Shown here: in pieces, positions 1 to 13,110 of the stretch
Layout: every line of letters starts with the position of its first letter
How positions within the stretch are numbered: the stretch's first letter is position 1
Assembly: GCA_036785375.1 (NCBI GenBank)
Contig: JAWMAR010000153.1
Span: 3,844,001 to 3,908,000 of the forward strand
DNA from: Leucoraja ocellata
Taxonomy: Eukaryota
Direction of reading: 5' to 3'
DNA length: 64,000 nucleotides
Program-made: the position numbers and the translations under genes
Notes under the pieces: generated by a model
The model's input: only the letters and a program-made list of their open reading frames with translations
The model's database searches: none
Told to the model about the DNA's origin: nothing

Positions 1-426
1 GTGCAGCCAAGAACTGGATTAGTCATATAGAGTTGTATACAGGAACAGGCTCTTCAGCCCACTTTCTCCATGCTTACAAAATGGGCATATTGAGCGAGCC
101 TTGCAGGCATTTGCTTGCGTTTGGTCTATATTCCTCTAAACCCTTCATATCCATCTGTCCAAATGTCTTTCCATCAGTAATCCTATTGAACTATTAATGC
201 ATTTTGTGTGGGATAATTGCTATTGGGATAGGAGATGTGTGGAGAGACAGCAGGGGTCTGTTCATGAAAACATGAGAAGAAAGTCTGGACTATATATGCC
301 TTTATTTAAATTTAATGAGAATTGCTCATTTTTTCATTATTGATGATTTGGATTCTTTACACAAAGGACATCATAAAGAATTATTTATTTCTAATGATTT
401 GTCTCTCACTTGCCTTTCTTTTCAAG

Positions 427-476
427 GTTCTTATAGAAAAAGAATGGATCTCTATGGGACACAAATTTTCTCAAAG
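427..476 (+). CDS. MTMR8: Myotubularin-related protein 8, internal coding exon (gene begins upstream of the window)
   Basis: Flanked by ttcaag and gtaatt; encodes VLIEKEWISMGHKFSQ(R), matching the MTMR6/7/8 post-catalytic segment with the MTMR8-type 'SMGHKFSQR'. Phase is compatible with the next exon. Confidence 0.9.
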
Positions 477-592
477 GTAATTATGCTCCCTTGTGGACAA
501 TTGGACGATGTGTCAAAATAAACATAATCCTCATGTTCAGATCCTTTTTATGGCACTTGTCCTATTGTATACAACGTGAATATATGAGGAAA

Positions 593-760
593 CGTAGAAA
601 CATAGAACTGCAGATGCTGCTTTATACCAAAGAAAGACACAAAGTGCTGGAGTAACTCAGCGGGCCAGGCAGCATCACTGGAGAAAAAGGATGGGTGGAG
701 TTTTTGGTTGGGACCCTTCGTCAGACTCTGAAGAAAAGTCCTGACCCGAAACGTCACCAA
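593..760. mobile_element. Penelope-end mini-element with two back-to-back degenerate hammerhead-like motifs
   Basis: GAACTGCAGATGCTG...GCTGGAGTAACTCAGCGGG...CCCTTCGTCAGACT followed by CTGAAGAAAAGTCCTGACCCGAAACGTC (728-755). Confidence 0.65.
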
Positions 761-1761
761 TCAGCAGTAGGTCACTTGGTCCCTCAAGCCTGTCCTGCCG
801 TTTAATAAGAGTGTGGCTGTTCGACCTCCTCTATAATCCCACCACCAATTGCTTAATAAATAACTATCTATCTTTGCTTAAAAAAAAACAAAAAAAACTC
901 TGGTAATACAGCCCTTTGAGAAAATGAGCCTCACAGACTTAAAACTCAGAAAAAATGGACTGCATTATTTTTCAAAGGGGACTACTTATTCTAAATGCTT
1001 CCCCCATTCACCCTGTCAAGATCATGTATGTTTCATTCACATCTAAACTCCAGTGAACATGATCTCAGCCTTATCAAATTTCCCTTAAGGCAAACTGCAG
1101 ACTACAAGTATTGGTCTGTAAACTTTCAATGAACTGCTGACAACTCATTCTTTAATAAGGAGACCTTGCTTTAATAAGGAGACCTCTAGCACTCTAAATA
1201 GGTCTTACCAATACTCCATGTAACTGAATCATTACCCCCCCCTTTCGTATTCAAATCCCCCCCCCCAGGCATTTTACTTTCTTAATTACTTTCTACAATT
1301 GCTTTCTTAATTCTTGCTGTAACTGCATTGGTAGCCCTCTGTGCGAATTTTGCACTTGGAAGTAAGGACAGAAAATGCTCCAAACTCTCAGTAAGTCACA
1401 CAGCAGCATCATCGCGTCATACAGCATGGCGATAAGCCCTTTTGCTGAACTCGTCCCTGCCAACCACAATGCCCATCAAAGCTAGTGCCATGTGTATGCA
1501 TTTGACTTGTTTCCCTCTAAATCTTTCCTATCCATGTACCTGTTCAAATGTATTTGAAACATCTTATTGTACCTTCCTCGATCACTCCTAGCACATTGCT
1601 CCAAAAAAACAAACTGCAACCAAAACAAATGGGAGGAAACTCACCCAGTTACAGGGAGCTTCAGGTCAAATAAAGCAGTTAGAGCAGATGATATTTTTTT
1701 AATATTTCATTTTAAGGTTGTGTTTTTTTTTTTAACTCGGTTTCCCCTTTATCATTCACAG

Positions 1762-1962
1762 ATGTGGCCATCGAGATAGTGACCCTAAGGAGGTTTCACC
1801 TGTGTTTACTCAATTTATTGAATGTATCTGGCATCTGATGGAACAGTTTCCGTGCTCTTTTGAGTTTAACGAGACGTATCTGCTGGAGATCCATGACCAC
1901 ATCTACTCCTGTCAGTTTGGTAACTTCATTGGAAACTGCCAGAAAGAACGTCAAGAGTTAAA
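1762..1962 (+). CDS. MTMR8: MTMR8 internal coding exon (SID region)
   Basis: Flanked by cacag and gtgagc; 201 nt encoding CGHRDSDPKEVSPVFTQFIECIWHLMEQFPCSFEFNETYLLEIHDHIYSCQFGNFIGNCQKERQEL, a typical myotubularin motif. Confidence 0.95.
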
Positions 1963-3310
1963 GTGAGCTTAATGTAAACATTTACATTATGAAGCGACTA
2001 GACCAGTACCATTGTGGTTTTGAAGCCCTATTTAGTTTTATGCTTATTAGTTATTGTTTAGTTTAGAGATACAGTGTGGAAATGGGCCCTTAGGCCCACT
2101 GAGTCCGCGCCGTCCAGCGATCTCCGTACACTTACACTATCCTACACACACTTACACTATCCTACACACACTAGGGACAATTTGCAATTATGCCAAGCCA
2201 ATTAACGTACGAACCTGCGCGTCTTTGGAGTGTAAGAGGAAACCGGAGAAAACCCATGCAGGTCACGAGGAAAACATACAAACTCCGTACAGACAAGCAC
2301 CCATAGTCTGGATCGAACTCAGGCCTCTGGCCAGTATGCCCGCCCCACCATTATGTTGTATTGAATTGTCTTTGGATCCCAGCATTGTAATTTTAAGGCC
2401 TTATAATAAACAGTTCCCCCTTTGAAGAGTGGCTTGCCTGATAAAGTATATATAATTATGAGAGGCATAGTCGGGGAGACAGTCAGAACTTTTTCCCAAC
2501 GTGGAAATATCAAATACTCGAGGGTATAGCTTTACGGTGTGAGGTGCATGTTTTAAAGGAGATGAGCGGGGCAATTTTTATATTACAGGGAGGGAGGTGA
2601 GAGCCTTGGAACAAGCTGCCAGGGGTGGTAGTGGAGGTGGATACAATCGTGGCGTTTTAGAGGCTTTTGGATAGGCTCATGGATATATTGGGAATGGAGG
2701 GATAAGGATCACATGCATGCAGATAAAAGTTTGTCTTGTGATCATATTCAGCACAAACGTGAGCTGAAGAGCTTTTTCCTGCCATGTACTGTTCTGTACT
2801 TTTGCATCAAATACAACAAATGACCTGACTAATATTAATTGTTTTACATTGGAACCATAGGGTGAGAAACAAAGTACATTTTGTCTGTGTAAGGAACAGT
2901 ACTGTTGGGCCATCAAGATTAGAACTGCTAGTTAATGTAGTATAAGCTGACATGGACCGTAGCAACAAGAGTGCCACAGATCGCCTCATGATGTTGACAA
3001 AGAAAATAAGTCTCATTCCTAGATGCTTTATAATTCTTAACTGACTGCCAGATGAAATCTGATTTTGTTATTTCTTTGATGCTCTCAATAATTGTCGATC
3101 ACAGTTACTAAATGGGTATTTGAATGAGATGGATGGAGTTTAAAAAAAGTGCAAAGACACCTGTTCTTCATTTAAATGTGATCTGCTGCGTAGTGGACAA
3201 TTTGATTTATTGGCGCTTGTTAACTTCTCATCAATTAATAAAAAATTACAATCATCTACTTAGATATTATAATTTCATATATAATTTTAGATATTTTCTT
3301 GTGATGACAG

Positions 3311-3439
3311 AATCCAAGAAAGGACTCATTCCTTGTGGCCATTCCTGCTGGAGAAGCAGTACCAGTACCGGAATCCCCTGTATAAGCCCAGCGCAATTAA
3401 TACTGTATTGAAACCTAATACTGCCCCTTTTAACTTCAG
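3311..3439 (+). CDS. MTMR8: MTMR8 internal coding exon
   Basis: Flanked by gacag and gtaagt; encodes IQERTHSLWPFLLEKQYQYRNPLYKPSAINTVLKPNTAPFNF, with the myotubularin 'T.SLW...NPLY' motif. Phase is consistent. Confidence 0.92.
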
Positions 3440-4280
3440 GTAAGTGTGAATCTGAAACTTAAACTTTTTGTTTTGGTTTGGTGCTACCTCTTTTAAAAAA
3501 AACGTGGTAAGTAGTTTTATGAGAAGACGGCTGTTAGTTGGCTTGTAAAGACGTATCAGAAGCAGCATGTCATGCATCATTGTTGAAAGGGAAACAGTTA
3601 ACGTTCAAGATCTATCATCAGGACCAGGAAAAGTGAGGTGAACAGGATTCTAGATGCAAGGAACAGTGAGGGGGGAGAGAATGAAGATGGCATGCATTTA
3701 ATGACAAAGGGATAATGGTGAAAGTGGATTGGAAAGTGGCAAGCAAGTGAACAGAAGGTTAGTCAGAAGGACTTGTAACTACAAAATATTGAACAGATCA
3801 GATGACATCTGTGGAAAGAGAATCAAAAAAGAGAATCACTTCATATCATTTCCTGGAAGGCCTTCTGCACAATTCAGCTTTCCTCGTTTTGTGCCACCTG
3901 TAATCTTTGGTTTCAGTTTGCTGGTCCTCGAGCTAGTGTTGACCTTAGTTAAAACTGAGTTTGAAAGCAAGAAAACAGAAGTCTGGGAAGGTAGGGTAGA
4001 GAATTAGTGACCAATATCTAGAAGCTTGGATCATGCTTGCTGTATGCACAAAGGAGAAAAGACGTGTATAAGACGTCACTCAACCTGCATTTGATCTTCT
4101 CACTGTTCTCATTGTAGGCAATTGCATGTCATATATTAAGTAGAAAAAATACAAAAATCTCTCAGCTGGAAAGTGTTGTTTTCTAGTTGGTTGGTAAGAG
4201 AAAAGATGTTGCAATACCTGTGGTTGCAGGCAAAAGGGCAGTGAAAAGTGGAACGGATGTAGTGCGGTCAAAAGAGTGAA

Positions 4281-4815
4281 CTTAAATTTTGGAAAAATAC
4301 AACCATACCAACTGTTAAAATGTGGATTAGGAATATGATGGACATAACACGCCTTGAAGAAATGAGACTCCGACTAATAGATAAATATGACCAATTCTTA
4401 AGGAGTTGGTCTCCTTTCATTGACTTTTTGGAATCATGTGATGCAGCGGTACCGTAAGGATTGCTGATTTCAGTTCATGACGCGGATAGATCTACATCTC
4501 CGAATACAGATTTGAAAAATTCTCTTTTAAGGGGCCTTCTCTTCTATTTCTACTTTCCATTTTTTCTTTTTATTTTTTATTTTTTATATACACACTTCAC
4601 GTTTTTCTACTCTCTACCATCTATTTTTCCACTTTTTCCTCTTTCTATTGTTTTCTTTTTCTTGGCTTGCTTACTTCCTTTTCATAACATAAAACTAGAG
4701 GTTGTACATAGAATGGATTACGGTATGACATAGTTGGCACCTAAAATTAGGTTCCACTGTACTGTTTTGTACTGTATTAACTTCTAATAAAATAAACAAA
4801 ACAAAAAAAAAAAAA
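4281..4815 (+). mobile_element. 5'-truncated L1-clade LINE 3' end with poly(A) tail and TSD
   Basis: 4281-4457 encodes LKFWKNTTIPTVKMWIRNMMDITRLEEMR...FLRSWSPFIDFL..* (fish-type L1 ORF2 C-terminus); T-rich UTR; AATAAA at 4786; A-tail; direct repeat AAAAGAGTGAA at 4270-4280 and 4812-4822. Confidence 0.85.
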
Positions 4816-5294
4816 GAGTGAATTAGAGGTTTCTTTGTCCCTGAAATGATAGTGTAGATGGATATGTATGGGACTTTGATTGTCACTTGTTCATATTAGT
4901 TCTGTGTTATTCCACTTTCACATCCGCTCAATATACATTAGAGACAATTTAGAGGTCAATTAACCTACAAAACCGCACCTCTTTGGGATGCCGGAGAAAA
5001 CCAGAGCATCCAGAGGAATCCCACGCGGTCACAGGGAAAATGTGCAAACAACACAGACAGCAACTGAGGTCAGGATTAAACTAGAGTCTCTGGCGCTGTG
5101 AGGCAGCAGCTCCACCAGCTACCAGCCAATCTGCTGCCCTTGGGTCAAGCAATGCAAGTTCTCGCTGGCACACATTTGAAAGGAAAAAATAATAACTTTG
5201 TAAGTTTCTGTTTATTCCACTCTTGGCCAAACTCCTTGGGCATTATGAATTATCATAACAGTTATTTTAAAATATCACTGCTACTTCTCTCTAG

Positions 5295-5421
5295 GTTCTG
5301 GTGTGGAATGTATAATCGTTTTGATAGAGGAATGCAACCAAAGCAATCGGTTCTAGAATCTCTGCAAGCTGCAATGAAACAGAAAACAGAACTGGAAGAA
5401 ACTGTGGAAGATCTGAATCAG
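5295..5421 (+). CDS. MTMR8: MTMR8 penultimate coding exon (start of coiled coil)
   Basis: Flanked by ctctctag and gtaaac; encodes FWCGMYNRFDRGMQPKQSVLESLQAAMKQKTELEETVEDLNQ. Confidence 0.92.
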
Positions 5422-6296
5422 GTAAACGGTTTAAAAGGTTTTCAAAACAAGAAAATATATTTTTTGATATTTTCATTTGTAATGCAAATAAATGTTCTGC
5501 AGTTCCTTGTGCCAACATATTTTTAGTTTTGTATAGAAGAGAATCTGATAACTACTTGCTTATCTGGTAAGTATCTAAATTTGAGCCAGTGTACAGCTTG
5601 CTTTGTAAGGATGTCGGGCTATGGGGCGAAGGCAGGAGAATGGGGTTGAGAGGGAAAGATAGATCAGCCATGATTGAATGGCTGAATGGCCTAATTCTGT
5701 TCTTAGAACATATGAATTTATGAACCCAGACCATCATTAGAACAGAAGTACAATAAGAGTAGCTGGACTATTTACGTAGCCAACCAAGCTGTGCACAGGT
5801 TATGGATAACAAACTCCATGTCTTTGGAATGATTACTAAAACTCTGCCCATTTGTGCATCAGCTCGAATGCAAAATAGTAATCCGTGCTAGTGGTGTTTA
5901 GAGATACAGTGCGGAAACAAGCCCTTCGGCCCACCAAATCCGCGCTGATCAGCGATAACCCCGTACACTAACACTATCCTGCACACTAGGGACAATTTAC
6001 GAATTTTCACCAAAACCAATTAACCTCCAAACCTGTACGTCCTTAAAGTGTGGGAGGGAACTGGATCACCCAGAGGAAACCCACGTGGTCAGGGAGAAGG
6101 TGCAAACTCCGTACAGACAGCACCCGTAGTCTTGGGATCGAACCCGGGTCTCTGGCACTATAAGGCCGCAACTCTACCGTCACGCCTTCGGACCACCCGT
6201 TGCACAACTGTGCCACCTGGTGTTTTTAAGCTATGAAAAATTGTCCACTATTGTCCACATATTGCTTTGTTGATTTGTCTATTTTCCTTCAAGCAG

Positions 6297-6596
6297 AAAC
6301 CTCTCCATCCAGATGAATCCCATTTCACTCTTAACTTGCCATCAAAGCTTTCCAATGAGGAACACTCTCCCCAGACTCAGGACAGTACAGAAGAACACAA
6401 AAATCCACTGGCAAATGGCATGGAAGAGTTGGTAGAAACTATTTCTGATGGGAGTGAAGAAATGGAAAATGTATTGGATTCTTCATTAATGCACCAGTCA
6501 GCTTCAAATCACAGTGACTCCCTTACCTTAAACAAATTGAACGCACAAGGAGATGAAGAACACCTTGAAATATGTCCAAATAAGGATGAAAAATAG
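6297..6596 (+). CDS. MTMR8: MTMR8 probable terminal coding exon (acidic, divergent C-terminus)
   Basis: Pyrimidine tract plus AAGCAG acceptor, phase 0 matching the previous exon, open to TAG at 6594-6596, followed by long repeat-poor AT-rich UTR-like sequence. Confidence 0.75.
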   Translation, partial: KPLHPDESHFTLNLPSKLSNEEHSPQTQDSTEEHKNPLANGMEELVETISDGSEEMENVLDSSLMHQSASNHSDSLTLNKLNAQGDEEHLEICPNKDEK

Positions 6597-9500
6597 TTCG
6601 TCATTTTAAAACAAATCGTATGTGTTGGTTCCCAAACATATTTGTTCTCGATATTTTTATATCATCTGCTGAAGTGTCAAAAAGGGAAAAAATGCCAAGA
6701 AATAGCTGTGTAATGGAGGGAAGATATTTCAGGATTGGAAAGGGAATCTCACTGCTTAAATCGCATGACTTACTTCAGAGAGACAATTTTATAAAAATCA
6801 CATTCTTGGTGTGAATATTTATCCATTAGGAAGCCCTGATGGATATTTAGGTGAATGTCCATAATGGATGGAAAATAGTTGTTATTCTGGTCCTGAGTAG
6901 TGAGGCTCCTGAATTTCTGATGTGTTTGTAGAGATGAGGTTCAGATGTTATAATCTGTCCGGTTATTGCAAGTTTGTCTTATTGCATTTCTCAATTTTTG
7001 AAAGTCCAATCTTAGCAAGTAGCTTCTTTGCAGTAAATCAGCATTTGGTACAAGGCCTTTTTGAAAACCAAACTGACGGCTTTGTATATAATGAGTATAT
7101 TCTATATGTTTTCTATAATTAAAAATTATTACGTGTTAGATTTAAGTTTAATCAGATTATGATTGTATTTCCCTCTTTAATTAATTCATTTTATTTCCCC
7201 TCAGCTGCCTTTCAGTTACATATTTTTTGCTATGGCTTTATACCTGCCTGATATTTTGGCTAATTGGTTATTCTTTGCGTGCCAAATTATCCCCCAGTTA
7301 TAAACGAATCTCAACACTTGCATTCCCCGTCTATAGTTGGTGCAGAGCATTTTGAGGTAAGACCTCAATCAACTGAATTGCTGTTATTAAATGCTATGCA
7401 TTAACTCTGGATAGGACGGACCTCAGCGAAGGCCAGCAGCTGTCTCACTTATGATCAAGTAAGTCACCACAAGAAAGGGAATACATCTGTGGTTTTATGG
7501 TTTTCAATTTTAATGTGGAAAGACCCTAGTCGGTTGGGTCAGTGGATGAGGTTGTAACTCAGTTATTTTTGCCGAATGCCTTGTAAGTTGGTTGTACTAT
7601 CAATCTGTGAATTATGAACATTATCAAACGTTTTTGGTGTTCTTTCAATGTTATTGTGAGGTTATCACTTGACATTCACTGTTCAAAAGTAGCTCTGGTG
7701 CTATCATTACTGCCAAATTAATCTTGATTTCTTGCTTTATTGGGCATTAGAAATAGCACACGTTTTCAAGCGGTTCAAAACAGTATGTTTTTCTAATCAT
7801 TAAAGAGTTGTCATATGTATTTGTAACATGTTTGGTTTATTGTTTTCTATCATTTCTTTTCTGACGGTGGACACCAGGTTAGTCAAATTTCATTTATTAT
7901 TTTTGCTATGCCTCCAGATTCAGTTATCTAATCTCATCTGGAAAGCCCCAGTACCCTTCTCGATGCTGACCTTAAATGCATGCCCCAGTGAGTCATTCAG
8001 ATAGGCTTTCTCCTTTGCGGTTCCTTTAGGAGAAATGGTTCAAGGACTGAGGATGTGCAGAATCTTTTGGCAGAAGTGCAGTGTCTATATCCACTGGTGT
8101 TGTGTGTTGTCTGTGACAAAGTCCCGTCAACAGCAAATGAGTACATTTTAATTTAATTGTAAGTTGTTAAGCTTCAGCTTCCCTTCAAGACTATTTGTCA
8201 TAGTTTTGTTTTAAATGCAGAAAGTGTACAGGATTTTTGTGACTATAAAATGGACCATATATTGTCTTAAGTATTGTTCGTGTGCACGTGTGGACATTTG
8301 GTTCACATTTTAACAGTGAGACCAAGAGTGCTTGCTTAAATATGAGCCGTTGCAATTAAAATTACACTGGTTCATATTTGGGAATGTATTAATTTGCTAA
8401 CTAGGTCCTGCTCTCCTTGCCTTCTCTGTCTACTCACTTGGAGCTGCAAATTGCTGCAAATGAGATGCATTTGAACCACTTTATGTTTTGCTTCGAAGTC
8501 AGTACATGTTCTGTTGAATATAATTGGATTAGAGATGGTATTTTTCAAAAAACATTTAACGTGAAATCCAATTAGTTTGCTTATGAACCATAGCACAACC
8601 AAGGCTGGATATGATAGCTTTGTGGTTAAGTCGCTGGTGGCCTGGAACATTGAGCTGGTTGGGTGACTTTGAAATTCACAATTACAGTGAGTGAACATAA
8701 TTCAAATATTCAATAAAACGTAGAATGAGAAAATTTTATCAGTAAATGGGCTCCATGAAATCACCTTTATGTCCTTAAGGGAAGAAAATCTAGCATCCTT
8801 CAGCAGACTGGGCCACAGGTGACAAAACTCACTCTCAAATGCCCTCGGAAAGGATTTTTCAAACCACTCTGTTCAGAGGCAGTTACTGCTAGCAATGAGT
8901 ACTGCCCTAGTCCGCAACACTAATATACTGTGAATGAATAAATAAAATTGTGAGGAAGTAACATATTTATTTAGCTAAATTCTTTCAATACCCAGGATAA
9001 CTGTTTTAACGTAACTTATTGCATATTTGGTAAATATGCAAAAATTGTTTGAAACCAGCAATTTGTGGAATGGATGGTTTAAAACTTTTGTCTTTCAATT
9101 TAAAACTTTTGCATTGGGGATATAATTAAATTGCATGCCACCCTTTACTTTATGAACCACTTTTGTCATGCTATGTTTTTGTTGTTGGTTGGTGTCCCAG
9201 TAGCATGTCTAAAGAAAGTTGTGAAAGATTAGGAGATCTTTTTATAAAATAGCTCCAGTTTCTTTGCTCATTTCTTTAAACTATTAACCAGTGTTCTCCT
9301 CTGTATGAGTGCAAACATCTGCTATGCCGATGGCTTCAACCAAGATGCAGGATTCCACATGATGTGAGCGATCTAATCAACTGCTGGTGGGAGGAAGCCA
9401 AATTCTGTTGACATTCCACAAAGACATTTCCTCCCTCAGGGTGCCAATGGATTTAATAGCACTTTGCAACCATGCTAGATTAAATGAGATAATGCAGAAC

Positions 9501-10380
9501 AGACTTGGCATCAGCCCAAGATCTTGTGCTTTTAATGGTTCAGGTAACCATCCGTCATGTATATATTTTTCGTCGTAAGCATTTAATGGTCTGCCATGTT
9601 TGAATTTTACAGACCCTTGGACGGCATTTTGAAACGTAGCGTAAGATGCCATTTAAGCAAAAAGAAAGTGACCCCCAAAGAGATTTTGTAGAAAATGACT
9701 CGTGCAATTTTTCTTTTATTAGCAGTAGTCTTTGCCTCAGAAATGACCACTAACAGTCCACCTCTGCCTTTGGACCAATTTAAAACTCTTCATTTCTATT
9801 TGTGATATAATTCAATTGTAGACCGCCATTTACTTTATGCTGCCTGCATTGTGCCATGTATGTCACTTGCCACAGCAGAACTGATCAAGATTGTGACTTG
9901 AACTCAGACACTGGTTTGCAATGTTTTATTTCAGATTTCCAATACCTGTATTTTTTTCTTTGGTGATTTTTACATTTTGTTTAAACCATGAAACTTTGCT
10001 GTTGCTGCTCAAACTGTATTCAATTATTAACTAAACAAGCAAAAGTGTCGTCTTGGTTTGTACAGCACTTTGCAATTGTCTTATCGAATTATCAAGATGT
10101 TTAATGACAGGCTCAAAAATGTATTTTTCTATTAGTGTGCTTGACCGGTTGTATTTAATTTATCTCGAACGCAAAACTGAAATGTTATCACTTTGATCTG
10201 TTTCTCCGGCCAGTAATGTTTTGGAACTGTTTGTTCAGCCACGTTAAAATGTTCCCATCTGTATCGTCTCAGCTTCAGCCTTCTACAAAAGGTTTGTGTC
10301 ATTCCTTTACATTATTAAACTTGATATTGTAATTTTGAACGTTTTTCCTTCCAAATAAATGGACAAATTTCCCTGTAAAC
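6597..10380 (+). other. MTMR8: Probable long MTMR8 3' UTR with several poly(A) signals
   Basis: Repeat-poor, T-rich; AATAAA at 8712, around 8937-8946 and at 10354; SINE/LINE debris resumes right after about 10385. Confidence 0.5.
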
Positions 10381-11946
10381 ACTTTGATGCTGCCTGTGTG
10401 GAGTTTGCACATACTCTATGTGACAGCATAGGTTTCCTTCGAGCGCTCCAGTTTCCTTCCACATGCCACAGGGTTGGGATTGTAGGATCTAGAGTTGTCA
10501 TAGTATGGGGATTTTAACTTTCTTAATATAGACTGGGACTGCCATAGTGTCAAGGGCATAGATGGAGTAGAATTTGTCAAATGTGTTCAGGAAAGTTTCC
10601 TTTGGCAATGCGTAAAGAGAGAACAAGGGAGAGGGCAAAGTTTGACCCACTCATAGAAAACTGAGACGGGCAAGTGACTGAAATGTTGGCGGGTGAGCCT
10701 AGTGTGCAAGGAGTTGATGAGGGAGTGGGATGTAGAACCAGTGTGAATGGACGATTAATGTTTGGCGTAGACTCTAGGCCAAATGGCCTGTTTCCAGGGT
10801 CCTGTATAGAAAATACAAATGTTAGGTTGGATTTTCCCCATAAGGAAATTAATGCAGGACAGTTGTTTCCTGTGCGTCCTGTTACCGTGCCAATTTTATC
10901 CCATCCCTTCCTGTTCTGATGATACCTTGAAAGTTTAGTTCCATGAACACCAGATGTCCTCTGATAACATGAATAATCACAGAATTGAAACAAAATATTC
11001 TTGGTAATAGTTGGCATTATATCAGGATGAAATGTGATCAGATATGTATTTATGCTTTTGGTCTTCCAGTAGGAATTAGGATACTGATCATGGAAGAAGT
11101 TAATTGTTGCCTTTTCTAATGAGAGCTGCACCGTTAGTACAAATCTGTAACCATAGCCTTCTTGAATCAATCCAATGTAATCCAGAAATCAATCGATTAC
11201 ATTGGGGATCAGACAAAAAAATGGAGTTCAGGCCAAAATCTGACCATACCTCACACTGAATGACAAAATGAGCTTGCGCAACCATATAGACTCTCTTCCA
11301 TTTCTAATGTTCCTGTATTTTGTGAGAATAAAACACAAGGCAGATTCCAAGCGTAGGAACTTTCCCCAATGCAAACCACCACTTTCCTGATACACTCTAC
11401 CCATTAATGAAGTCCTGGGTCTGGCGGTCTATTGAGGAAAATAGATGCAAAAAGCGGGAGTAACTCAGCAGGTCAGGCAGCATCTCTGGAGAAAAGGAAC
11501 CGGTGATGTTTCGGGTCGAAACCCTTCTTCACACAGAGTCAGGGTAAAGGGAAATGAGGGATATGAATACATTGTGTGAATGAATGATATCCAAAAAACA
11601 ATGATGATCAAGGAAAGGTTGAGCCCACAATGGTCCATTGTTGGCTGTGGGATAGGTGATAACGAATTGTGAGGAAAGACTTGAGAAAAATCTGTCCTGC
11701 TCCAACCTTTGTTTTCATTATTCATGTTTTAAAACGAGACGGAATTTCCTTTGGCAACCTCTCCTCCTATCCTTATAACAGACTTGTTGGCTCATCTTTC
11801 CACCGGCCCTTACTACTTACCTCAGATTTACAAATTAACAAATCACCACCCAGAAATTTCAGGTAAAGAGCAAAATTAGCTCTCAGAATTCACATGAAAT
11901 AAAATAAACACCCAACTTTCTTTCAACTCTCGTTTCTTGATGCACA

Positions 11947-12244
11947 GGAGATGCAGCCGCATCTTACAGAAAAGTGAGACATGGACAATTTTCTAGGAAT
12001 GAATCCCTAACCCTTCCCCTGCTAATGTGGGAGTCTTCTGCATAATCTACTGTATCTGCCATTGCCAAATCCTCTACTACTAACTTCAGTATAACGCAAA
12101 CTGGAGACGCTGCTTGCAAAAAAACAGAGATATGGACCATTTTCTAGGAATGGACCCCTACCCCTACCCCTCACTGCTTAATGCAGAGGTCATGTGTACA
12201 TCTATAGCATTGCCATTGCTAAATCCTCTACCATTACCTTGAGT
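11947..12244 (+). repeat. Diverged tandem duplication of about 150 bp
   Basis: GAGA.ATGGAC.ATTTTCTAGGAATG...TGCCATTGC.AAATCCTCTAC occurs at about 11975-12080 and 12127-12232. Confidence 0.7.
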
Positions 12245-12699
12245 TCACCATTGGCCACAAGTTTAACTGGAACTGCCAATGCTCCCTATTATCCAATACC
12301 AAACACCTTTGACGCATCACCAGACTGTTAGGGCAGTCATTTCCACTCGAGTCAAAATCCTGTAACCTCCCACCCAACCACACTGGAGGACTGAAGCAAT
12401 GCAAGAAGGTGACATACTGTTAGTTTAGAAATACAGCGCAGAATTAGGCCCTTCCAGCGCCGACCAGCGATCCTTGCACACTTACACCATCCTCCGCACA
12501 TTATGGACAATTTACATTTGTACAAAACCAATTAGCCTGCAAACCTGTACGTCTTTGGAGTGTGGGAGGAACGGAGAAAACCCACGCAAATCACGGGGGG
12601 AACGTACAAACTCCATACAGACAAGCATCCACCCGTAGTCAGGAACGTATTTCACTATTGGTTTGGAAATATTTGGCCATCGAAACTAAAACTAAAACA

Positions 12700-13110
12700 A
12701 AACTCTCTAGAATTTAGAAGATTGAGGGGGGATCTTATAGAAACTTACAAAATTCTTAAGGGGTTGGACAGACTAGATGCAGGAAGATTATTCCCGATGT
12801 TGGGGAAGTCCAGAACAAGGGGTCACTGTTTAAGGATAAGAGGGAAGTCTTTTAGGGCCGAGATGAGAAAATCATTTTTTACACAGAGAGTGGTGAATCT
12901 GTGGAATTCTCTGCCACAAGGTACTTGAGGCCAGTTCATTGGCTATATTTAAGAGGGTTAGATGTGGTCCTTGTGGCTAAAGGGATCAGGGGGTATGGAG
13001 AGAAGGCAGGTACAGGATACTGAGTTGGATGATCAGCCATGATCGTATTGAATGGTGGAGCAGGCTCGAAGGGCCGATTGGCCTACTCCACCTATTATCT
13101 ATGTTTCTAA
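12700..13110 (+). mobile_element. CR1 LINE 3' fragment
   Basis: SLEFRRLRGDLIETYKILKGLDR...FFTQRVVNLWNSLP followed by the CR1 tail. Confidence 0.88.

Noticed and set aside
1150-1184. Short duplication CTTTAATAAGGAGACC
   Set aside because: A trivial slippage duplication inside an old repeat remnant.
5098-5526. 142-aa ORF
   Set aside because: Only 5295-5421 is the MTMR8 exon; the rest is SINE and intron read-through.
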